Positions 1 to 14,304 of a stretch of DNA of 64,000 bases are shown piece after piece. A program made the position numbers and the translations under genes. The DNA comes from Octopus sinensis (lineage: Eukaryota): assembly GCF_006345805.1 (NCBI RefSeq), contig NC_043015.1:25482001-25546000 (forward strand), given 5' to 3'. A model generated the notes under the pieces. It was not told the DNA's origin and made no database searches. It was given only the letters and a program-made list of their open reading frames with translations. Position 1 is the first letter of the stretch; every line of letters begins with the position of its first letter.

Positions 1-6
1 ACACAC

Positions 7-51
<45 letters not shown>

Positions 52-66
52 ACACACACACACACG
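1..66. repeat. (CA)n microsatellite
   Basis: Seen directly. Confidence 0.95.
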
Positions 67-739
67 CCTTATGTTGTTTTTGAGGCATTTCCATTGCCAG
101 TCCTCACCTGAATCTACCTGTCAGCATTATTGCTAACTGGCAAGGCTCACATTAATTATTCCAACATGACCTGTCAAATGGCAGATTCTAAAAGGCTGGT
201 CCCTTTACTCTCATATATTTCTTCTCATCTTAATCTTCTCTCCTACACATAATGACCAATACAGTCACTAATCCCTCATCAATTCTCATCCACACCAAGC
301 AATTATTAAAAGATATTCATGGAAAGAGGACCCAATAACACACACACACACCTATGTACTCACAACAATAAATCAAAACCACTTAACTACATCTCTTCTC
401 CCCTCATCTCTCCGTGTGCCATGTACACCTGTCCTTCAAAACTATTGAAACTGGATTAATTAAAGTATCTTTCAGCATGTTGTTAGCATATATATATATT
501 TATCTATATAAGGGTACACACACACACACCGTATTTTCTGACATACAAGTTGAATTTTTCAAGCCAAAATTCACAGCCAAAGGAAAGGTAGGTCATTGCA
601 TACACCAAGAGGACTTTGGATGACCAGTGAAATGTAGCAAGTCTTGGAACGCTAGTGAAGATGTTCAGATGCTTACACTATACACTTATAGTATATACTT
701 GGTTGACTTGTAATCTGGAAAATGTGGTGTGTATGTGTG

Positions 740-773
740 TGTGGATGGATGGATAGACAGTTAGACAGACAGT

Positions 774-805
<32 letters not shown>

Positions 806-872
806 TGGATGGATGGATGGATAGACAGATAGACAGACAGTTAGACAGGCAGACAGTTAGATAGATAGATAA

Positions 873-912
<40 letters not shown>

Positions 913-1040
913 ATAGATATACAGACAGACAGACAGACGGACGGACAGACGGACGGATGGACGGACGGATGGATGGATGGGTAGATAGGTTGATTGATAG
1001 ATAAGAAAATAGGATAGAGAGAGAGAGAGGTAGAGGTAGA
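740..1040. repeat. Compound tetranucleotide microsatellite (GGAT/GACA/GATA/GGAC) grading into (GA)n
   Basis: Seen directly. Confidence 0.95.
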
Positions 1041-1239
1041 TTAGAGTATAGTAAGGTTTAGGTTATTACTGAGTTTAATAGCACACCCTGGAGTAGTCTT
1101 TTAAGTCATGTGTTGGCATACCACAACCCACTCATGTAGGAAATTGTTGTTTGCCAAAATGTCAAGGCATCAGTGGTTTCTTGGAGGGATTTGGTTTCCA
1201 TTGGGGGAATTTGTCCAAATACCATTTGAATATTTTAGA

Positions 1240-1556
1240 GTAAAAAGCACCATCCGAATCGTGGCCGAAGCCAGTGCCGCCTCGACTGGCTTCCGTGCAG
1301 GTGGCACGTAAAATGCACCAATCCGACTGTGGCCAATGCCAGCCTCGCCTGGCACCAGTGCAGGTGGCACGTAAAAAGCACCCACTACACTCACGGAGTG
1401 GTTGGCGTTAGGAAGGGCATCCAGCTGTAGAAACATTGCCAGATAAGACCTGAGCCTGGTGCAGCCTTCTGGCTTCCCAGATCCCCGGTCGAACTGTCCA
1501 ACCCATGCTAGCATGGAGAACGGACGTTAAACGATGATGATGATGATGATGATGAT
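1240..1556 (+). mobile_element. Family A interspersed repeat (ggcacgtaaaaagcacccactacactcacggagtggttggcgttaggaagggcatccagctgtagaaac...(GAT)n)
   Basis: Near-identical to 35290-35657 and 49400-49650; two internal ~65-bp subrepeats. Confidence 0.85.
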
Positions 1557-1647
1557 TATTCTCCTTTGTTTTGTTTTTGTTTTTGTTTTTCAGGATAATA
1601 TTGAAAAAAGCAAAACCTGTTGAAGGAAAATATTTGTTCTATATATC

Positions 1648-1880
1648 AGCATCATCATCATCATTTAAAGTCTGCTTTCCATGCTGGCATGGATTGGATG
1701 GTCTGACGTGCAGCTGGCTTGCAAGAAGCTGCCCAAACTCCAATTGTCGCATGGTTTCTATTGCTGGATGCTCTTGGTAATGCCAACAGAGTGTGCCAGG
1801 TGCTCTTTACGTGCCACTGGCATGGGTGAGTTTGTGCAGCACAGGTGCAGGTCCATTTTATGAGGCACTGGCACCTGTGT
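1648..1880 (-). mobile_element. Family A copy, diverged, inverted relative to 1240-1556
   Basis: Begins catcatcatcatttaaagtctgctttccatgctggcatgg, the reverse complement of the family-A tail. Confidence 0.7.
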
Positions 1881-1934
1881 GTGTGTATACATATATATAT
1901 ATATGTATGTATGTGTATATATATGTATATATAT

Positions 1935-1978
<44 letters not shown>

Positions 1979-2097
1979 ATATATGTGTGTGTGTATATAT
2001 ATATGTATGTATATGTATGTATATATAGATATATGTATGTGAGTATATATGTATGTATTTGTACATATATATATGTATGTATATATATATATGTATG

Positions 2098-2157
<60 letters not shown>

Positions 2158-2168
2158 GTGCATATATA

Positions 2169-2227
<59 letters not shown>

Positions 2228-2248
2228 ATATATATATATATATATATA

Positions 2249-2290
<42 letters not shown>

Positions 2291-2400
2291 ATATTTATCA
2301 ATATAGGGTAGCAAAAAATTCAGTAGAAATTATTTGCCTAGTATATATATATATATGTATGTATGTGTATATGTATACACACACACACATATATATATGT
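1878..2400. repeat. Long (AT)n/(GT)n/(ATGT)n compound microsatellite
   Basis: Seen directly; source of the poly-IY ORFs. Confidence 0.95.
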
Positions 2401-2584
2401 CTACCTAGGGTATCATCGCAAATGCTGCCTCTATACCCTAACAATTGCTGACAATCGTATAAGACACATCTCGCAATCTCACCATGGAGTATTTTGTTCC
2501 TACATGATGAATAGGACTGCTGCTATGTATATTGCAAACACAGATATACATAAATTTATATTCCTACATGCACACGTACATGTG

Positions 2585-2790
2585 TGTATCATCAACATCA
2601 CCATTGGATGTCTACTTTCATTGCTGGCAGAGGGGTTGGATGGTTTGATAAGATCTGAAGAACTGCAGGACTGCATCAAGCTCCAGTGACTGGTTTGGAA
2701 TGGTTTCTATGGCTGAATGCCCTCCCTAATGTCAACGATTTTGCACCGGGTGCTTTGTTCATACCACCAGCACAAGTGAGGTCACCAAGT
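2585..2790 (-). mobile_element. Family A copy, diverged
   Basis: tggtttctatggctgaatgccctccctaatgtcaac...ggtgctttgttcataccacc is the reverse complement of the family-A core. Confidence 0.6.
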
Positions 2791-2968
2791 AACTTGCAAA
2801 ACAAGAAAAAGAAAAACAACTCCCACCCCCTACTAAATGTGTGTGTGTGTGATGGGGGGAGTGGCTCTGTGCCAATTGAAGAGGGGTTAAAGTATAAAAA
2901 TGATGAGGTGGCAGAGCAAACCCTCAAAGAGGTGAGTGTAAGAGAGAATATACACATACAGTGTGTGT

Positions 2969-3004
<36 letters not shown>

Positions 3005-4234
3005 AAATTGAAATCAAATTACAACAATATTTACCTAATTAGCTCTCAATATTTACAGAATTTTCCAAATAACAATGAATTGCCTGATGCTGCTATCTGT
3101 ACAGTTTGCGCCATTAAGTTGAGTACTTTCCAACCATTTTTAAATTGTTTCAATTTTCTGAGACAAGAGGACAGATAACCAAACCAGAAGATAAAGAATT
3201 TGCTGCCATCAGATAAGGAGCAGCTTTTAACAGATAAAACCATTCCACAATAACAACTGAATATGCACTCGATTATCTATGGTTGTGAGTGAACTTTTGT
3301 GCATGTGTGCATCTCTGTTGTATATCTGCTGGTGGGTTTGTGTCTATATGTCTTTAAGATTCTGCGTCATCAACATCATCATCATGATGCATGTGTATCT
3401 GTGTAAATGCATCAGTGGTTGTTGTGTCTGCATGTGTGTTTATGTGTGTGCGTGTGTGTGGTATGTCTATGTAGCAGTTTATGTGAATGTTCATGCATAT
3501 GTGCATCTGGTTGCTTTGAGTGTGCATGTGTGTGAGTTGCATGGACATGCACACAAGTTGCACATGCATGGGTTGCCTGCATAAGAATCACTTGATTGCA
3601 CACAATGCTGATGGGGATGTGCATGCGCATGCACATGTGTGGAAGGTGTGTGTGAGTTGTGTGCTGTGTATACACACACTCACACATACACGCATATGTC
3701 TATACATACATACACACACATCTACTTCAGCTTATGTAGAAAAAATTGCTGTGCCCTACTGTGAACATGATTGCTTCCCATCAAATACACATGTGCGCAC
3801 ACTACAATCCTAAATACTCAACCACTGAGAAATGGGTGCCTCAGAATTGCTCCCTAACACTTTGTTTATTTGTTTATTAACTTTTTTTTGTAATTTTATT
3901 TTAAGCCAAACCCTGGATAAGCTAATAAAGCTAAAATGTTAATCCTCATCTGCTAATCTTCATCTGTTAATCCTCATCTGTTATTAAGGATCTTCTTTCA
4001 TAGATTAGTCAAAGCAGAAAGGAAAACATCTCTGTCTTTTAGAGGATTCAAGATATGTGTCCTCCTCTAATTTAAGATAATAGGCTATGATGTGAGGGGA
4101 ATTTGACTACTATATGTAGCTGGTTGAGCATCCGCATAGAAGCCTTCCCTCGTTATCACAAAATAAGCATGTTGAATATTCCTAGATCAGTGTACTTGGA
4201 CAAAACTTGAATGCAAGGTATTCTAGTCAAGATA

Positions 4235-4400
4235 ATCTTTTCTACCCTAGACACAAGACCTGAAATTTTTAGGGGAGGGAGCCAATCTATTAGATCGAAC
4301 CCAGTATGCAACTGGTACTTAATTTATCGACCCCGAAAGGATGAAAAGCAAATTTGACGTTGGTGGAAGTTGAACCCAGAACGCAGAGACAGATGAATTC
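4235..4400 (-). mobile_element. Family C SINE-like copy
   Basis: acaagacctgaaattttt...cccagtatgcaactggtacttaatttatcgaccccgaaaggatgaaa. Confidence 0.75.
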
Positions 4401-4929
4401 CTAGTCAAGATAATACAATCATTTGTATGTTAGAGAAGATTTAGCTTGAGACAGGCTTTATTCTAAGCAGAAGGGGATGACTTGATAGAGTTTTAGCTGC
4501 TCTTTTTAGCACATCAAATGAGGACCATGTATTAGCTTCCTTGTCAACAAAAATTGAGAACCAGTAAACAATTCTTCCTCTTTCTTTTTCCTCTCCCTTT
4601 CTTTTCCATTCATCTCCCTCTCTCTTTTACTGTAGGCCCTACCAAAGCATCCTGAATGGATTTAATAGATGGAAACTGAAAGAATCCCATTGTGTGTGTA
4701 TCATGATCATGAACACTCCTGTTGTAAATAACAGTTGAGGGTTCTATAATTTTTATCCCAACAACCTGCACAGATGATTAGGTTCCTAGTAAGCAAATGT
4801 TTGTGCCATGCATTATCCCCTCCCTCTCTCACATCGATGTCACCTGTACGAGTGCACCGTGTTCTGGACATCAGATGTGAAAATGATTGCAGAACAACAT
4901 GAGCTTTGCTCAAGAACACAATTCAATGC

Positions 4930-5129
4930 CTGTCCTTAGAAATGAAACCATGACGCTGCAATCATAAGCACAGCATCCTAACCACCAGACCATGCTGTAT
5001 ATAAAGTCTGGTGATGGCACCAAGTAAAAAACACCCTTTGTACTCTCTGTAAAGTGGTTGGCATTAGGAAGGGCACTCAACTGTAGAAGCCATGCCACCA
5101 AAACAGACTATGGAATCAGGGGCAGGATA

Positions 5130-5165
<36 letters not shown>
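4930..5165 (+). mobile_element. Family A copy with (GAT)n tail followed by (GGT)n
   Basis: ggcaccaagtaaaaaacacc...gtggttggcattaggaagggcactcaactgtagaa...gatgatgat. Confidence 0.65.
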
Positions 5166-5177
<12 letters not shown>

Positions 5178-6719
5178 GGTGGTGGTGGTGGTGGTGGTGG
5201 CGGCGTGCGTGTGTGTGCATGTATGCACCTATGTTTATCTCCAGATTGCTTGACAATTGTTATTGATTTGTTTATTTCTGACAGAATAAGAAACTGACTT
5301 ACAAAGAATAAAGACTGAGTTTGATTTGTTCAATGAAACCCTTCAAAGATGTGCCCCAGCATGCCCAGAGTGCAGTGAAAAAAACAAGGAAAAAACGAAT
5401 ATGTGGTCAACAGGTGAGCCAATTTACGTCACATCCATTATTTCACTATCTCTCTCTCCATCTCTCTCTCTCTCTCTCTCTCGTTTCTACCTCATTCACT
5501 CTCAGTTCTCACTTTTATCTTCTCCTTCTCAGTCTCACTATCTCTTTCCTTTCTCATTCACTCTTCCTCTCACTTATAATCAGTCATTCATTTCCTCCAT
5601 CACTCAATCTCATGTCTTCATCACTCACCTGTTCCCACTCATCTTTCTCACTCACTCAATTACTGTACAAGCACAGACAAGTAGAAATAAGTCCAACAAT
5701 TATGAAATCAACACAATATGATTTATGATTTGAAATTTGGCAGCAGAAATAATAAGCGGGAAGGAGGTAGAATAGAATTAGAAGCTAAGCTAGAGCAAGG
5801 TGAGCTAAATATTTCATTTCGTTTCTCATGATTTACAGCAGTCTCTCTTCACACCATTGATGGAATGAATGGATAGTGCAACAGGAACACGGTAATCACT
5901 TAGCTATTGAAAGCCAGCCAAGCGATAGGAAAGCAACAAATTTGGATACAGCCGACAAACATTGGCACCACAGACACTGTCAGTTATCTAATGCTAAAAT
6001 AAGTAGTCTGCTACTTTCACGGTCAATTTCAAGTAGACATATGGCAATCACTCTGGGACGAGAAGAGATTCGGATGTTTTGCTCAGGCCAAATGAAACAG
6101 AAGATGTGTAAAATATTCTCAGAAAATGAAAGGGTATTGTGGGGGGGGGGAGGCGTGGGAGTGGAAATTGGTTGAAAGAAGAAAATTTAGAAAGATTGCT
6201 CCTGTAATTATGTAAACATTTGGCAATATTAAAGTAAAGATTTCTTTCTATAACACTTTCTCTTGCACACATGCCAAATTCACACACACACACACACATG
6301 TAAGTACAGGATTTCCCAACATTGTGGGAGTTATGTATTCCTGAGAAAACTCAACATATTACAAAATCCTCAAATACAACATTTTCCCATTAATTTTCAT
6401 GCTATAAAATGACAATTCATTCCGACATTTTTACAGAAGGAAACAACAAGCAGAAACCATGCAATACAACTAGTTTTATGCATGAAAATACTTGCTACAC
6501 ACAGAGTACAATGTGTTTAGAGAAGAACAATGGTAAAGAAAATGTTAGGGAACCACAATAATGTAATACGGTATGATCTTATTGTAAATGATGTCAACTA
6601 ATGTGTGAAGGGTTGAGATCCTAGACTGAAAGTTATCAGGAAAATGGAGGGTTTCTTATTTTATCAACAACTTCTGCTAAAGGGATAAAGGATTTATGCA
6701 AAACCGTTTTAATGGTGCA

Positions 6720-7300
6720 TCATCTCTTTATACAACTCAGTGTGAGAACTGAGATTTTTAAGTTACATTCATCCTCAAGGATGTTATCAGCAAAAACTTG
6801 CAGACCTTTCTCTATTAGTGCCAACTCTTTAGCAATATTCTTTGCATTCAATTGCAGTGGAGTTGGTGCAATTTCCATGTTCTTACATTGCACTTCTTCT
6901 AAAGATATCAGCACCTCATTAGATAAACTTTACAAGTCACCACCAGCTCAAATTACATCATCCTTTATGACTTCTTGAAACCTGATGTAATTTGCAAATG
7001 CCTCAAAATCATTTCAAAATTGATGTTAATTTTCTGCTGGTGAAAGAAATAAGATCGATTAAAAGAAAAAAAAAAGATCTGAGTTGTTAATGGAGTAAGT
7101 TCTTGGGCATTTAATTTTCCTTTTTGTGTTACAAATTTTTCTCGTCATAACTGTTGCATGCTTTAATGTTTTGGCAATGTGGCAGGGGTTTTTCTCTCAC
7201 AACAAACCTTTTTAATACATCAAGGTTAATGTCCATTGTAATCTTTTTGAAGTTTCTTTTGCACTCCTATCTCCAGTTCTACTTGATGGCCTCTTTTCAG
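6720..7300 (-). mobile_element. Internally deleted pogo/Tigger-like element (N-terminal HTH plus C-terminal tail, no DDE core)
   Basis: 7300-7100 reads KRPSSR...KRNFKKITMDINLDVLKRF...KTLKHATVMT (CENP-B-type HTH). 7000-6720 reads FQEVIKDDV...LSNEVLISLEE...NIAKELALIEKGLQVFADN, like the Tigger C-terminus (ELTNEDLMELE...MARGFSLFEEALLVFE). Confidence 0.65.
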
Positions 7301-10300
7301 CATCTTCAATTGAAGGTAAATCCAACAGCTGTGGCCATCAACAACAAATAAATAGTAAAAAATTTAAAAAATGGTAAGGACTGTTTTATGAGACCAAACA
7401 TTGGTCTTCCTTGTGTGGATATTAGAAGGGAAATAAGAAATGAAGGGTAGAAGGAGTGAGGTGGGAGGAAATACAATTTGATTACAGTTAGTTACAAGTT
7501 ACCAGGTTCATTAGCACTTTTAGCCATACAACTCAGGGAAGACATGTAATCAAAAGCAGAACTATGATCCAGTCATGGCCATCTCACCATATTTTTGTGG
7601 TTTTCAAATGCAAATCAACTAAAAACACATTTGTTAATGTATTCTTTGTTTATTAAAATAATTTGGAAGAACATTTTTAAGGTGTGACTACTATTTTTAG
7701 CAGATCAAACATACCAAAATTCCCATGTCGATTTGTGATCTATAGAATTAATAGTCAGCTGTCCAGAATAAGTCTAGAATAACCATCAGAACCAATATGT
7801 ATAAGAACTGAAGATCCAATGCGAACTCAACAATAAAAATGCCAAGTTATTTGTCAGCTGGTGATTAGCAGGATTTAAGCCATTTGGTGCCCCCACGAAG
7901 ATCAATTAAATAAATACCAGTTATAGGCTGATATATAAGTAAAAGTCAATTCAATAGGGAACATTTCACTGGTAGGTTGCTAATAAATCTAATAAATGGT
8001 TGATTGACTAATCTTAAGTTAAACAATGGCTTAATCAAGAACTGACCAGCGCTTTCCAATTAAAACAGCTTAAATTGTGTTAATTATAAAGAAATGCAAT
8101 CAAGGAAAATAATGAGAACACAGACATTACAATACTAATTTCGGAGATTGATTAGTAAGAACAATGAGACAAAGATAAAAATCAATCGATATTTTCAAAA
8201 GGTTACCAGATATAATGAAATTGAGAAGAGTATTGAGAAACAACCCATGACTGGTCTGAGCCATGCCAGCATGAAAGATGGACGTTAAACATGGATGAAG
8301 AAGAGGACAAGGAAATGGAGAAGAATGATACTAACCTATAAGCCCACAAAACTAAGTTTCCCTTTATTTGTTTTATAGTTGAGCCAATGGTCAAAGAGCA
8401 GTACCAATGGCTGGATTGTAGAGATTTCAAGACTGATGGAGAGAAAGTTACCCTGTGGTAACCAAAGTCCATCTTGAATGTCTGAAACAGAGTGGACTCT
8501 ACTGAAAACACCCAATGGTCAGACAGTGAGGTTAAGCCAAACAACAGATTTAATCTACTATTCAACACCAGGAACACTCCCTCACGCATGTTTCCATACA
8601 GTTTCCAGTTACCCAATTTGATTTGTAAAGCTTAGATTTTGTTCAACAGCACCAGACTACCATTTTTTGTTGTTGACATCTCTGAAAGGATGAGTAGCAA
8701 AGTCTATCTTGGTGAGGTTTGAAATCAGAGTAATAAGTAATAATAAGTTATAATAAGTAAAGTAGTAAACTGGTATGGTTGATAGAGTGTTGGACAGAAA
8801 TCAACAAGATGTTTGTCCAAATCTCTGCTCTCTGAGTTCAAATTTCCCCAAGGTCAACTTTACTCTTTGGGGATCGATAAAAGAAGTACTAACTCAGGGT
8901 GGCAGTGGATTGGTGGAACTGTGAGAGGGATTGTCAGATACCTTTTGGTGTTTGTTCTGGATCTTTGAGCTCTGTCAGCAATAGCTGCAAAAACACTAGT
9001 GCCAAGGTGTTGACATTTCTGTTCGATAAACATCAGTGGTAGGAAGACAGGAAACTGGCATAAATAGGCAACTGGGAGGTCTTCTTAAATGAAATCATGT
9101 CCAGCCCTGCCCATGTGTGTAGATGCTTGGTTGACATTACTTGATAGAGGCCCTGGAAGTCCTCAATACTTGAAGGGATAGGGTTAACTGAATTCATCCA
9201 TAATCTCAGTTACAGGATTTCTATTTAATTGGCCTCAAGAGAAATAAAACGCAAAACCTAGTCCAGTGAGATATCAAATCTGTAAAGAGTCATAGCCTAA
9301 TGGTTCGGGTACTGGCTACGTTGCTCATAAGGTCATGAGTTTAATCTTGGGATTGGTAGCATGTTATATCCTTGAACTTCATTTCAAGCTGTTCCAGTTT
9401 CATTAACTAAAAGTGAGGTCAACCAAGAGTGCTGATGCAGGCCTCTCAATGTCCAGCAATTCTTAATGTTCTGCCGGAGATTTTCAGCCATTCTCACTTT
9501 CAAGTGACGCAATTGCATGCCAGATAACAGAAGGAAGTTTATGTTCTGTGATTAGCGAAATAAAAAAAAAACTATATAATTTTGTTCCTATTTTGTTCAT
9601 TAGGAAGCCAACATAATATATATATAATTTCCATGCACATGTTCAGAACAAAAACTTGAATAAATCCATTTCAATCCACAAGATATCTCCTGACTCCCAG
9701 AGGATAAGTCAAGCATTCTATTAGATATCAGAACATTTTTTTTTATTCTCTTTTGATAGCAGAACATCATATATCTTAATCTTTGTCATCATTAGTTTAA
9801 TTCTCTTTTTGCAGAGATTCCCTCTGTTCTTACCAAACTTCCAGCTTAGTTGATGTTAATAAGGCTTATAGATTACACACAACAACTGTCAAGAAAGATT
9901 TCATATGAATTCTCTGACACGGCAATTGCAAACACTAGATAGTGAATGAGCCAATAAAGGAGACCTCTCTTTACTAGACTTACTAGAAATAGCAGCTACA
10001 TCTACCATAGATCACACCCTACTGCTGTTTAAAAAATGAAAGGCACATACTGTAACCCTAGGTAGAGTAATCTTAAACATAACATAACAAGAGTGATAAT
10101 CTTGAAAGAAATACAGAACAGATTGGACTTCTTAAACCTGGTATTCCATAGTCTAGCATCTCATATGGTCCAGCACATTTTAGATTTATATTATGAAAAA
10201 CATTGAAAAAAATCCTCCCTGAAAGCTTGGTTGTATTAAGGGTGATGCACTGGCTGAATTATTAGAGTGTTTTGCTGTATTCCAGCCGTTTACAATCTGA

Positions 10301-10472
10301 GTTCAAATCCCATTGTTGTCAACATCATCTTTCATGGTTTTCAAAATAAAAGCACCATTCAGAAAGTAGGGTCAACTTCCTCATTCCACTCAGAATTGGT
10401 AGCCTTATGCTTAGATTAGAAACAATTATTTCTAATGTTAAGCTTTATCCTAGTTTAGATAAAACATAGATT

Positions 10473-11558
10473 CCCTCATGTACCAGTGGGGAAAACTAGA
10501 AATAGTCAATAGCTTCCATTACCTAGGTGATTAAGTCAGTAGCAGGGGTGGATGCTCCAAGAGCATAGCGGCTAGAATAAGAATAGCCTGGGCAAAGTTC
10601 AGAGAGCTCCTACCTCTGCTGATAACAAAGGACCTCTCACTCAACGTGAAAGGCAAACTGTATAATGTCTGTGTGTGAACAGCTATGCTACATGGCAGTG
10701 AAACATGGTCTGTGACTGCCGAGGAAATGTGAAGGCATGAAAGAAATGAAGCTAGTATGCTCTGCTGGATGTGTAATGTCAGTGTGCATACACAAAAGTG
10801 TAAACATCCTGAGAGAAAAGTTGGACAAAAAAAGCATCAGATTTGATGTGTAAGAGAGATGACCGCACCGGTATGGTCATGTGATGCATATGGATGAGGA
10901 CAGCTGTGTGAAGAAGTGTCACATTCTAATGGTGGAGGGAACCTGTGGATGAGGTAGACCCAGAAAGATATGGAATGAGGTGGTGAAGCATGACTTTTGA
11001 ACACTGGGCCTCACAGAGGCAGTGAAAAGAGACAGAGACCTTTGGAGATTTTCCATGCTTGAGAAGACCTGTCAAGCCAAGTGAGGTCATAGTTGTGGGA
11101 GATGCCAGTGTCATGTAACTGTGGCCCATTAAAAGCATCCTTCAATTGTTGCACTTGTGAAAACCTGTCAAACCAAGTGAAACTGTCGTCATGGATGATG
11201 CCATTGTTGTCTGACTGGCACCCATGCTGGTGGCATGTAAAAAATACTGTTCAAGCTTTGGGCCTCATGGAGGCAGTGACAGGTGACCAAGACCCTTGGT
11301 AATATACCATGCTTGTGTTGACCTGTCAAACCAAATGAAGCCATAGTCAGCTGGTGTCAGGTCTATGGCACCTGTGCCGATGGCATGTAAAAAACACTCT
11401 CAGAGTAGCTGGCATTAGGAAGGACATCCAGCAGTAGAAACCTTGCCAAATTAGAAAGGAACCTGTGCAGCACCCACCCACTGGCCTACCAGTTTTCAAT
11501 CAAACCACCCAACCCATGCAAGTAAGGAAAATAGCCTTTAAGCAATGATGATGATGAT
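10473..11558 (+). mobile_element. 5'-truncated RTE-clade LINE: ORF2 C-terminus (10473-11090) followed by a family-A 3' region ending in a (GAT)n tail
   Basis: Translation GEKLEIVNSFHYLGD...ARIRIAWAKFRELLPLL...KGKLY...MLHGSETW...RWYGHV-like...GRPRKIWNEVVKHD is typical of the RTE RT C-terminal region; contains stops. Confidence 0.85.
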
Positions 11559-12155
11559 ATAATTTGTGCACAGAGCATAAGATGGCAAGACAATTTTTAT
11601 TTAGAGAGTACCGTCATGTCTTCACCCAGCCTGTTACCCCCGAAGATGACTTTTAAATGAAGTAGAACATGGTTAAAAATTGAATAAAATTTATTTAAGG
11701 ATCACCTCTCTCCTACCCAGCATCATCAGATTTTGTGAAAAGGTTGCTTTCAATGAAACTTTCCCAGAAATATTTTCTTGAGAGGGCAGATTATAAAATT
11801 TGCAAATTTTTCTTGAGAAAGAAAGTTAGTGGAGCATATTTCTATACTCTTCAACTGTTTCCTCCAGACTTTCTTAAAAAAAAACATTTTCTAATGAAAT
11901 TTTCTGGAGATTTACAAGGCTGTCCACTATGTTTCTTTTGATAACAGGAAAAATATTTCAATTGTAATTTACATCGGAAACATCTTCCTAGAATATTTCA
12001 TTACAAAATATGCATTTAGCAGTCTTTTGTAGGGGTAAAAGAGAATGATCCTCTAAATCTATTTTTTAATTTTTCCCCCACATAATCATCTAAAATATAT
12101 CCCAGAAAACTTCAGTAAAAAAAAATCCATAAAAACAGAAAAATGTCATTTTAAG

Positions 12156-12312
12156 AAAGTTATGAGGAAATAACGTCCATGAGAGAAAAAGTTATGAGGA
12201 AATAAAGTCCACGAGAGAAAATTTATGGGGAAATAATGTCCATGAGGGAAAAGTTACAAACAAATAATGTCTGTGAGGGGAAAGTTATGGGGAAATAATG
12301 TCCGTGAGAGAT
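12156..12312. repeat. Degenerate 31-32 bp minisatellite, 5 copies (aagttatgaggaaataatgtccatgagagaaa)
   Basis: Seen: unit anchors at 12159, 12191, 12222, 12253, 12284. Confidence 0.85.
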
Positions 12313-12865
12313 AGGAACACTTCAGTAGTTATCCACTCTTTAAGGGTCAGGTTCTGTCTTCTTACAATGTCTGATGGTTACTGGATTTGTCCAACACTCA
12401 GGTTCAAATCATGAAACAAATTTTACTTTTTTTTTTATAGTAAGCCCTAAGCAAAAAAAAAGGGAAACAGAAAATGAACATTTAGATCACTCCAAAGAAC
12501 ATCATGCAGATAGTTTGTCTTATCTGATGGAGGAAGAATGAAAAATTTCCATAATTAGTATTTAATTTGTAAGGTAGTTATATAAATACATTTTCTGACT
12601 GATTGCTTTAACTTAAAAAGCGTCAATAAACAAAATGTTAGAAAATATTTAGTCAAGTCTTATTTATAATAAATCTAAAACAATTTTTAAATATTTCCAT
12701 TAGAAAAATCGTTAGTTTTCTAAAGGCATTTGTTGAAATTTATAATTCAAGAAACACATTTCTAATGAGATATTGATGTATTAGTTTCACTATCTAATTG
12801 TCTGTTTGTTTACAGATACATAATAATACACATATAGACATATGCATACACATACACACATTCCA

Positions 12866-14030
<1,165 letters not shown>

Positions 14031-14304
14031 TATAATCAATAACAACAGTAAATTGAATTTGTTTTCCCACCTCAAGGGTATTTTATATAATATCACCTTT
14101 CTTTTGCAATTTAATTCTAGAAGACATGCATTATTTTTAATTTACAAAAATGTTAAATAGCTTAATAGAGATTCTGTTACGTTTAAACAGTATAATGTAA
14201 TTACTAAAACGTTAGGCATTATACAATACTTACACAATATACATCCATATGTATGTCTGTTATGTAATACATACACAATATACAGATATGTGTATGTCTA
14301 TGTT

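Noticed and set aside
1758-2451. Long ORFs rich in I/Y, and similar C/V, H/T, N, L and Y homopolymer ORFs across the window (e.g. 60494-61207, 36666-36986)
   Set aside because: These are translations of (AT)n, (GT)n, (CA)n and (AAT)n microsatellites; no splice signals or recognisable domains.
2963-3178. ORF with a CxxC motif (ELPDAAICTVCAIKL), vaguely ZAD zinc-finger-like
   Set aside because: Only one Cys pair, the ORF starts in a microsatellite and there is no supporting gene structure.
8379-8457. Possible plus-strand exon (ttttatag|TTGAGCCAATG...CCCTGTG|gtaacc; EPMVKEQYQWLDCRDFKTDGEKVTL)
   Set aside because: I do not recognise the peptide, the donor is mediocre and no partner exons were found; compatible with chance.
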